In this document: positions 12,250-19,593 of the stretch, in pieces | How positions within the stretch are numbered: the stretch's first letter is position 1 | Layout of the letters: each line of letters opens with the position of its first letter | Source: an uncultured Gemmatimonadota bacterium | Lineage (GTDB): Bacteria; GCA-2686955 | Direction of reading: 5' to 3' | Assembly: GCA_964490075.1 (NCBI GenBank) | Contig: CAZBBK010000014.1 | Coordinates: 1-64,000 of the forward strand | Length of the DNA stretch: 64,000 bases | Made by a program: the position numbers and the translations under genes | The notes under the pieces: generated by a model | The model's database searches: none | What the model was told of the DNA's origin: nothing | What the model saw: only the letters and a program-made list of their open reading frames with translations

Positions 12250-13909
12250 TGTAGCCCAGTCCCTTGAGTTGATCGGCGATGCGCCGCTGCTCCTCGTCGG
12301 TGGGCGACTCCCCCCGCGCGTCGCCCGGGCCGTAGTCTTCGCGTGTCTCGGGATGGGAGCGGCGGTGCTCATCGGTCAGCGCCTGGGAGATCACGCGCCC
12401 CTCCATCGAGGTGGCGACCGGCGCACCCAGGAGGTGCAGAAGGGTCGGGGCGACGTCGATCATGGAGGCAGTGTCGATGCGCTGGCCGCGGCGGATCGCA
12501 GGACCGGCCAGCACCATCATGCCGTTCATTCGGTGGTCGCCGCTCTGGCCGAAGTTGGGTCTCACGAAGCCCTTGGCGATGAAATCGAGAACTCCGAGCG
12601 CCTTGAAGCGCATGTCCTTGGGCAGCACCAGCACGTCGGGGGCCTGGTCGACGAAAGGACCGCCGTAGAGCTCTTCGCGGCGCCACACCGATTCGAAGAG
12701 AGGCTGATCGCCGCCCGGTTGGCGAAGTGCGCTGAGCTCTGCGATCAGCCGCTCGCGGGCCTCCTCGTACTGCGCTCCGGGATCGAGGATTCCGTGCGGC
12801 TCGCGGCCGCGCACGTTCATGTAGATCTGCCCGAAATTGCCCTTGCTGAAGGCGACGCTGCGGCTCCAGTCGACGTCGGCGAAGGAGAGGAAGAACTTCG
12901 ACACCCACGCGAGCAGGTCGTGACGGGAGCCGATGCCGCCGGAGTGGCGCAGGTGGCCGAGCCCCAACACGTCGGCGACCCGGTAGGCGCGCTCAGGCGT
13001 GAGTCCGAGCCGGAAGGCAGCCGCGCGCAGTCGCGACAACGCATGCTTGCGAAGCACCAGGAAGCCGCGCTCGAGCAGCCAGCAGTTGAGCACCAGGTAG
13101 TGGTGGATCGGCCCGAAGCCGTGGTCGGAGAGCAGGCAAAGCACCCCCTCGGGGCCCAGCCACTCCCGTACCTTGGGGATGGCGGCGTCCAGCTCGTCGA
13201 AGTAGTCGGCGACCGCCGGCGCCCAGCGCGACCCCTCGGCCGGATCGTGGGCCGGATGATCGGGATCGATGACGTGCCACAGCTCGTGCTGCAGGCGGTC
13301 GGAGCCGAACACATGGTGGATGGCCAGGTCCCAGTCGCGGGTGCGGGTCAGGTATTCGATCACGCCGAGCTTGTAGCGGAACACCTCGCGCGCCTCTTCC
13401 AGGACCTCGCCGATGCCGCCCTTGCGGTAGATCTTCTTGAAATGCAGGCGGTAGGGACCGAACTTCCCCTCCAGCTCGTCGAGCAGCTCGGGCGGCCAGG
13501 TCAGACGGCGGTCGCCCTGGGGAGCCAGGAAGTCGGAGACCAGGGCCCCCTCGATCGGCCGTGGCGGCCAGGTCGGCGGCAGGTTGACCACGATCGAGCG
13601 CAGCCCACGCTGGCCGGCCAGGTCCCAGATCGTTCGGCCCTGTACGGCTCGCGCCGACGCCGGCTCTTCGTGTAGAGCGGAATCGCGGCGCAGCAGGGTC
13701 ATGTCGAAGATGCCGTGGCTGCCCGGTCCAGTGCCGGTCGCGAACGACGTCCAGCTGGTGGCGGTGACCGGTGGGAACACGGTCGGCAGATGGCCCGAGC
13801 TGCCCTCCTCGATCAGGGCGCGCAGGTTGGGCAGCCGTCCCTGCTCCATCCACGGCTCGAGCATATCGAGCGAGACGCCGTCCCAGGCGAAGACGTAGAC
13901 GCGGCTCAT
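12242..13909 (-). CDS. Alkaline phosphatase superfamily (nucleotide pyrophosphatase/phosphodiesterase-like) protein
   Basis: FAWDG, PPVTATSWTSFATG (Thr nucleophile), HGIFD, DRLQHELW, LSDHGFG, SGDHR, DVAPTLL, C-terminal QLKGLGYIG. No signal peptide. Confidence 0.88.
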   Translation of the reverse strand: MSRVYVFAWDGVSLDMLEPWMEQGRLPNLRALIEEGSSGHLPTVFPPVTATSWTSFATGTGPGSHGIFDMTLLRRDSALHEEPASARAVQGRTIWDLAGQRGLRSIVVNLPPTWPPRPIEGALVSDFLAPQGDRRLTWPPELLDELEGKFGPYRLHFKKIYRKGGIGEVLEEAREVFRYKLGVIEYLTRTRDWDLAIHHVFGSDRLQHELWHVIDPDHPAHDPAEGSRWAPAVADYFDELDAAIPKVREWLGPEGVLCLLSDHGFGPIHHYLVLNCWLLERGFLVLRKHALSRLRAAAFRLGLTPERAYRVADVLGLGHLRHSGGIGSRHDLLAWVSKFFLSFADVDWSRSVAFSKGNFGQIYMNVRGREPHGILDPGAQYEEARERLIAELSALRQPGGDQPLFESVWRREELYGGPFVDQAPDVLVLPKDMRFKALGVLDFIAKGFVRPNFGQSGDHRMNGMMVLAGPAIRRGQRIDTASMIDVAPTLLHLLGAPVATSMEGRVISQALTDEHRRSHPETREDYGPGDARGESPTDEEQRRIADQLKGLGYIG

Positions 13910-14643
13910 CGGCGTCTTCCACGCCGCGGGCTCAGCTCTTCGAGGCGCAGCCGCAGCACCGCGAAGTAGCCGGTCAGGAGTTTCGCGAAGTTCAGGTTCG
14001 AGTTGCCGGCGCGGCGGTCGACGAAGCGGATCGGGATCTCGCCGATGGAGAGCTTGGCTCGATGGGCGCGGAAGAGCACCTCCTGTACGATCGCCGGACC
14101 GTGGCTGCGCAGCGACGCGGGGTCGATTGCCTCCAGCGCGGTGCGGCGATAGGCACGGAAGCCGGAGTTACAGTCTTGGACCTGGAGCCCGAGCGTTTCG
14201 CGCGTGAATCGGTTGGCGGCGCGGGTCAGGATCCGGCGGCCGGGGCCGCGGTCGGTGTCGCTGCCACCGTCTACGGCCCGCGATCCGAGCACCAGGTCGT
14301 GCTCATCCAGCGCCGCCACCAGGTCGGGGATGTGCACCGGATCGTGAGACAAATCGGCATCCATCTCGACGATCCGTTCGGCCCCCATCCTCAGTGCTTC
14401 GAGAAATCCGGCGCGCCCCGCCAGGCCGCGGCCGCGCGGTCCGCGCCGATGCATGAGGTGCAGATGGGGATCGTCACGCGCCAGCGAACGGACCAGCGAC
14501 CAGGTGTTGTCCGGCGAGTCGTCGTCGACCACCAGCACCTCGGCGGTGAAGGGGAGCGCGCGCAGCCGCTGCAGCAGCGGTCTCAGGTTCTCCCGCTCGT
14601 TGAAGGTGGGGACCACGACGACGGTTTTTGCCCCGTGGATCAT
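13906..14643 (-). CDS. GT2 polyprenol-phosphate glycosyltransferase (Ppm1/DPM1-like)
   Basis: VVVPTFNERENL, VVDDDSPD, EMDADLSHDP, VLGSR, DCNSGFRAY, EIPIRFVDRRAG. Confidence 0.92.
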   Translation of the reverse strand: MIHGAKTVVVVPTFNERENLRPLLQRLRALPFTAEVLVVDDDSPDNTWSLVRSLARDDPHLHLMHRRGPRGRGLAGRAGFLEALRMGAERIVEMDADLSHDPVHIPDLVAALDEHDLVLGSRAVDGGSDTDRGPGRRILTRAANRFTRETLGLQVQDCNSGFRAYRRTALEAIDPASLRSHGPAIVQEVLFRAHRAKLSIGEIPIRFVDRRAGNSNLNFAKLLTGYFAVLRLRLEELSPRRGRRR

Positions 14644-17600
14644 GGACGGAGGTTACCGGATGCCAGGGCGATCGCGCGCGCCTGAGTGCCGGATCGTGGA
14701 TCGAGACGGGTGGCGCGCACCAGGTGCGGGCGGGCCGCGGCCTGGTCGCCGAGACCCAGCAGCGCTTCGGCCAGGGCCAGATGGCCGCGGGCGTCGCGGG
14801 CGTCGTAGCGCAGCGACTCACGCAGATGCCGGATCGCCACCTCGTAGCGTTGCAGCCGCAACAGGGCCTGGCCCAGCTCGCGCAGCGCCAGTGCCGAGGG
14901 CTCCGCCTGGGCGGCCCGGGTCGCCAGCGGCAGAGCTTGCTCCGGCGCTCCGCGGCGCAGCCACTCCGATGCCAGCTTCAGCGTCAACGACGCCGGGAGC
15001 CCGGGCAGCTCGGCGCAGGCGCGCAGCATCAGCGGCGCGTCGTCGGCGCCGACGCGGCTTCGGGCGATCGCCAAACCGACTTGCGGCAGCGGATCATCGG
15101 GGTCGGCGAGCTTCGCCCGATCGTAGGCTTCAGCCGCGATCACGGGAGCGCCGATCGAGAGCGCCGTCGTGGCGATGCTGCGCAGCTCGTCGCGGGTGGC
15201 GTGGCTCAGCTCGCGAGTCAGGATGCGCTGCGCCGTGGCCGGGTCGCCGACCGCGCGCGCCAGCAGGAGGTGGGCGCGCAGCGGTGCGTCGGAGGTCAGT
15301 GCGGGAGCGAGGACCTGGACCGCTTCGATCTCCGCCTCGATCGCCAGCAGCCCCTCGACGCAGCGAAAGCGCAAAGCGATGTCGCCGGGGTTGCTCTCCG
15401 CCGCGAGTTGGTAGAGGGGCGAGGCTTCCTCCCAGCGGCCGGAGCTGGCGCGAATCCGTGCCCGCGCCAGGGCGATCCGATGGTCGGCGGGGAAGCTGGT
15501 GGCCGCGCTGTCGAGCAGGGCGTTGGCACGTTCCGGTTGGGCGGCTCGCGCCCGGTGCTCCGCCATCGCCACCAGGTCGGCGGCCTCCACGGCTCCGGGG
15601 GCGCGCTCCAGCAGCAGAGCGGCGCTCTGCGGCGAGCCGGTCGCGGCCAGATGGGCCGCCAGGCGGCGGTAGGCCTGGTGATCGTTGGGTCGCCCCTCGG
15701 CCAGGTAGGCCCGCCACGAGGAGATCACCTCGCTGCGTTCGAGGGAGCCCCGTGGCGAGCTCGCAAAGGCCTGGTCGCGAGCGTGGGCGAACGCCCGCAG
15801 CAGCCGATCCGGACGGTCGGCGCCGGGTCTCTGGGTGCCCAGGACCTCGAGGGCGGCGGCGGGGTCTCCGCGGTGCAGAAGCAGCTCGGCGAGACCGCAG
15901 CGCACCTCGATCGATCGATCGCCCTGGTCGAAGGCGGCGCGCAGCTGGGCCTCTTCGGCCACCCGGTTGCCGGCCACCGCGTCGGCCGACTCGAGGAGCT
16001 TCTTGGCGGCGTCTCCGTGGAGCGGGTCGTCGACCCAGGGGGCGGCTCGGCGGCGCGCCGGATCCGCCATCCCCAGCGCCAGGTGGACCCGTGCCAGCTC
16101 CAGCGCGGTGCGCGCCCGCGCCGGCGCCAGGGCGAAGGCGCGGCGTGCTGCCGCGAGCGCCGCGTCGAGCTCTCCGCGCCGGCGCCGCAAGCGCGCCAGG
16201 TCGAGCAGGGCGTTGCTGCGATCGGCCAGCGCCAAGCGTGGATCGGTGCCCAGACCCCACCAGAGAGTGTCGGCCGCGCTGCTGTCGCCGACCGCGAGCG
16301 CGGTGAGTGCGCTCTGGTGGCGATAACCGGGTTGGGCGCAGGCGAAAGGCGAGGAGGCGCGCGCCACGCGCCAAGCCGCTTGAGGATCGTCGTCGTGGCG
16401 CAGCGCGGCCATCAGCCGTGCGTTCAGCTCGCAGTCGCCGCGGAAGCGCTCCAGCGCGGCCCGCAGGTCGGCGCAGGCGCCGGGCCATTGGTCGGCGCGA
16501 CCGCGGAGCGCCGCCCGCGCCGCCAGAGCCGCGGCCGAGCTCGGCCACGCGACCACCAGCGAGTCGAGGATCCGCGCTCCCTCTCCTCCCGCGTTTGCGA
16601 ACGCGCGGGCCACCCGGCGCCGTGCCACCTCGTCGAGCGTGGCGTCGATGGCCCGCAGCAGATCGGAGGCGGCGTCGAAGGCCCCGGCGCTGATCAGGAG
16701 CTCCGCCTGCTCCAGCGACAGGGTGTCGCTGCGGGCCAGAACCCGGCGCGCACCCTCCAGGTTGCCCTTTTGCAGCCGCGCGCGCACCAGCTGGCGGGAG
16801 ATCGCCCCCTGCTCGGGAGCCAGCCGGTGGGCGCGGGCGAGCAGGAGCTCGGGATCGTCCTCTTCGAGCGCCAGCACCGCCAGAGCCTGCGCCGATGCCT
16901 GGGCCTGCCGGCGGATGATGTCGATCTCGGCGAGCGCCTCGAGGGGATCGTCGGTCGTGCGGGCCAGCAACAGGCGGGCATGGTGACGCGTGGGATGGCG
17001 AAGCAGAAGCTCTTCGAGCAGCGCGCGGGCCTGGGTGCCGCGCCCGGTGGCGATCATCAGCCGACTGGCGTCCTCGGCCAGCGCCACGTCGCGCAGAATC
17101 GCCTCGCGCCCCTCTTCGAGCAGCTCGAAGTCGTTGCCCGGCGGAGGCGCACGGCGATCCCGCAGCAGCGCGATCAGGCCGCGCAGCGCGGGCCGATGCT
17201 CCGGATCCGACGCGAGCGCACGACGAAACGACTCCGCCGCCACGTCGCGCTGCCCGCGGGCAGCCAGGGTCGCGGCTCGAGCGGCGTGGCCCACGGCGGA
17301 GTCCGGGGCAAGGTCCAGCGCCCGCTGGGCGGCCGCCAATGCGCCCTTGAAGTTGCCTTTGGCTCGCAACGCGGCCGCCGAGAGCGCGTGGCCCCTGGGA
17401 TCACCGGGCTCCTGGAGGGCGGCCTTGCGGAGCATTCGCTGGCCCTGCTCGATCCGGCCGCATTCGATCGCCAGCTCGGCCAGGTCCAGCAGATCCTCGT
17501 GGTCCTCGACGGGGAGCTCGGCGGCCAGTCGCGCCAGCTCCGCGGCGCGCGCTGCATCGCCGCCGGCCAGCGCATCGCCGGCCAGCTCGATCAGGCCCCG

Positions 17601-17726
17601 CGGGTGGAACACCGATGCGGGGGGATCGTTCATCTGCGGCGCCGACCGCGCGGCGGCGGCAGCAGGCGGGGATTCGGGCGGCGGCAGCGCCATGGCGCCC
17701 GCGAGCAGCAGCGCGACGGCCTTCAC
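14640..17726 (-). CDS. Large exported TPR-repeat protein (~1028 aa)
   Basis: GTG start overlapping the stop of the upstream small ORF (GTGA). Hydrophobic leader VKAVALLLAGAMA. Repeated TPR-like units, e.g. RALDLAPDSAVGH, RRALASDPEH, RESLRYDARDARGHLALAEAL. Confidence 0.75.
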   Translation of the reverse strand: MKAVALLLAGAMALPPPESPPAAAAARSAPQMNDPPASVFHPRGLIELAGDALAGGDAARAAELARLAAELPVEDHEDLLDLAELAIECGRIEQGQRMLRKAALQEPGDPRGHALSAAALRAKGNFKGALAAAQRALDLAPDSAVGHAARAATLAARGQRDVAAESFRRALASDPEHRPALRGLIALLRDRRAPPPGNDFELLEEGREAILRDVALAEDASRLMIATGRGTQARALLEELLLRHPTRHHARLLLARTTDDPLEALAEIDIIRRQAQASAQALAVLALEEDDPELLLARAHRLAPEQGAISRQLVRARLQKGNLEGARRVLARSDTLSLEQAELLISAGAFDAASDLLRAIDATLDEVARRRVARAFANAGGEGARILDSLVVAWPSSAAALAARAALRGRADQWPGACADLRAALERFRGDCELNARLMAALRHDDDPQAAWRVARASSPFACAQPGYRHQSALTALAVGDSSAADTLWWGLGTDPRLALADRSNALLDLARLRRRRGELDAALAAARRAFALAPARARTALELARVHLALGMADPARRRAAPWVDDPLHGDAAKKLLESADAVAGNRVAEEAQLRAAFDQGDRSIEVRCGLAELLLHRGDPAAALEVLGTQRPGADRPDRLLRAFAHARDQAFASSPRGSLERSEVISSWRAYLAEGRPNDHQAYRRLAAHLAATGSPQSAALLLERAPGAVEAADLVAMAEHRARAAQPERANALLDSAATSFPADHRIALARARIRASSGRWEEASPLYQLAAESNPGDIALRFRCVEGLLAIEAEIEAVQVLAPALTSDAPLRAHLLLARAVGDPATAQRILTRELSHATRDELRSIATTALSIGAPVIAAEAYDRAKLADPDDPLPQVGLAIARSRVGADDAPLMLRACAELPGLPASLTLKLASEWLRRGAPEQALPLATRAAQAEPSALALRELGQALLRLQRYEVAIRHLRESLRYDARDARGHLALAEALLGLGDQAAARPHLVRATRLDPRSGTQARAIALASGNLRP

Positions 17727-17845
17727 TCGCTGTCCTGAGCCTCCCCGTTTTCCACATCGCCCAGCGAGCGGAAAGCCTCGACGATCACCAGCACGAAGAG
17801 GATCCCGAGCAGTCCGACGAGCGTGTAGTAGAAGTAGATCGACAT
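17723..17845 (-). CDS. 40-aa single-pass membrane micropeptide (absent from the ORF track)
   Basis: Manual translation MSIYFYYTLVGLLGILFVLVIVEAFRSLGDVENGEAQDSE. One TM helix. Its TGA overlaps the TPR gene GTG. Confidence 0.6.
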   Translation of the reverse strand: MSIYFYYTLVGLLGILFVLVIVEAFRSLGDVENGEAQDSE

Positions 17846-18018
17846 GGTCGGCCCCGAGCGAGATGCGGATTGCACCGCAGAGCCTAGCACGCGCCGCGCT
17901 CGGCCCGCGCGCCCCTGACCCTTGCGCTCCGTCGCCGCCCGCAGAGTGTGCTAAGTTCCCGCGACTTCGTGAAAAGCGCAGTCGTGGAGCATCGGTTAAG
18001 ACATCGAAAGGACCCGAA

Positions 18019-18603
18019 ATGAGACGCCCAGGCCATCTTTCCTTGCTCGCGGCGTTGGCGCTTTTCAGCGCCGGTTGCGCCACCAAGGGCTATGTGAACG
18101 ACCAGATCGCGGCGCTCGAGGCCCGATTGAACGGCTCGATGGGCGAGAGCCTGGCCGCACAGAACGCGCTGATCGCCGCCAACAAGAAGACCGCCGGAGA
18201 GGCCCTGCGCAGGGCGACCGAGGCCGGCAAGCTGGCCGAGGGGCAGCTCCTGGGCCAGGCGATCATGACCAACGAGGATGTTCGCTTCGAGGTCGACAGC
18301 TATGTGTTGAGCGAGGACTCACGCGCGGTCCTGGCGAGCCTGATCGGCAACCTGAAGCAGTCCAACAAGAGCGTCTATATCGAGGTGCAGGGCCACGCCG
18401 ATGCCACCGGATCCGAGGCATACAACATGGAGCTCGGCGAGGAGCGCGCCGAGGCGGTGGTCGACTACCTGCATCGCGAGCACCAGATCCCGCTGCACCG
18501 TCTCTCGGCCTTCTCCTACGGCGAGAGCATGCCCGTGGCCGACAACGAGAGCACCGACGGACGCGCCATGAATCGTCGCGTCGTCGTGGTGGTCATGAGC
18601 TGA
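18019..18603 (+). CDS. OmpA-family peptidoglycan-binding lipoprotein
   Basis: Lipobox FSAGC. OmpA_C motifs IEVQGHAD, YNMELGEERAEAV, SYGESMPVADN, GRAMNRRV. AAGGA SD. Confidence 0.93.
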   Translation: MRRPGHLSLLAALALFSAGCATKGYVNDQIAALEARLNGSMGESLAAQNALIAANKKTAGEALRRATEAGKLAEGQLLGQAIMTNEDVRFEVDSYVLSEDSRAVLASLIGNLKQSNKSVYIEVQGHADATGSEAYNMELGEERAEAVVDYLHREHQIPLHRLSAFSYGESMPVADNESTDGRAMNRRVVVVVMS

Positions 18604-18615
18604 TCGGCACTGCTG

Positions 18616-18789
18616 TCAGAACAGCGCATAGAAGAAGGGCAGCAGGGTCGAGGTTTCGACTACCAGGATGAACAGGCCGAAGAAGAGCAGCACGAAGAGG
18701 ATCGGCGCCATCCACCAGCGGCGGGTGGCGCGCAGATAGAGTCCCGCCTCGCGGAAGATGCTGAAGTAGCTCTTGATCGAAGGGCTCAT
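18616..18789 (-). CDS. SxtK/DUF5989-like 57-aa membrane micropeptide (absent from the ORF track)
   Basis: Manual translation MSPSIKSYFSIFREAGLYLRATRRWWMAPILFVLLFFGLFILVVETSTLLPFFYALF. The RRWWxxP-TM-PFxYxLF pattern is typical of the family. ATGA overlap with the upstream gene. Confidence 0.85.
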   Translation of the reverse strand: MSPSIKSYFSIFREAGLYLRATRRWWMAPILFVLLFFGLFILVVETSTLLPFFYALF

Positions 18790-19559
18790 CGGGTCGCCTC
18801 TGGTTGCTCGGGAGTCGAGTCACGCGCGGCGGAGCGGCAGCAGCGAAAGCCGTCGTCTCCGCCGGTGTACTCCATGTTGTGAGAGTGATTGCGGAAGCTG
18901 CAGGTCAGCATCCGCCCGGCCATTCCGAGGTCTCCGCCGCGCAGAATCGGATAGCCGCGGTGTGATCCGGTGGGCCAGGGCAGGCCGTGATTGTCGTTCG
19001 ATCGACGCAGGTCGGAAACCCACTCGTTGACGTTTCCGAGCATATCGACCACCCCGTAGCCGCTGGCGCAACGCGGGTGCTCGCCGGCCGCGGCGAGCTC
19101 TTCGCTGCCGACGATGTCGGTGTGGCACCAGTCGGGCTCGAAGCGGTCCCCGTAACCGTAGCGCAGGCCCCGCGGACCCTTGCAGGCCTTCTCCCACTCT
19201 GCTTCGGTGCACAGCCGCTTGCCGAGCGCTTTGCAGCGCGCTTGCGCCTCGTACCAGCTCAGGTCGGTCATCGGTGGCTCACCCTCGATGTTGGGCCAGG
19301 GGTAGCGGTCGATCCAAAAGGCCTCGAGGCGCACTTCGTGCGGCAGGAAGTGGGTGTGGGGAGGGGCCCCGCCCGGCGCGTCGCCGATCACCATGTCGCT
19401 CTCGAAACGGTCGCCCATGATGAAGGTCCCCGCGGGGACCGGGACCATGCCCTCGGTTCCTGGGGTGCGGCTTGGGGCGTCGGCCTGAGCGCCGGCGCCG
19501 GTGGCGGCGAGCGCAACGAGGCAGACCAGGGCGGCGCAGCGCCGATCATGGTGAAGCAT
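18786..19559 (-). CDS. Exported FGE-sulfatase (SUMF1/EgtB/PvdO-fold) domain protein
   Basis: Signal peptide. GMVPVPAGTFIMG, FWIDRYP, KRLCTEAEWEKACKG, DMLGNVNEW, RGG, DDGFRCC. Confidence 0.88.
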   Translation of the reverse strand: MLHHDRRCAALVCLVALAATGAGAQADAPSRTPGTEGMVPVPAGTFIMGDRFESDMVIGDAPGGAPPHTHFLPHEVRLEAFWIDRYPWPNIEGEPPMTDLSWYEAQARCKALGKRLCTEAEWEKACKGPRGLRYGYGDRFEPDWCHTDIVGSEELAAAGEHPRCASGYGVVDMLGNVNEWVSDLRRSNDNHGLPWPTGSHRGYPILRGGDLGMAGRMLTCSFRNHSHNMEYTGGDDGFRCCRSAARDSTPEQPEATR

Positions 19560-19593
19560 ACGCGGAGCCTACCACCGGCTGGGGGCGTGGGGC

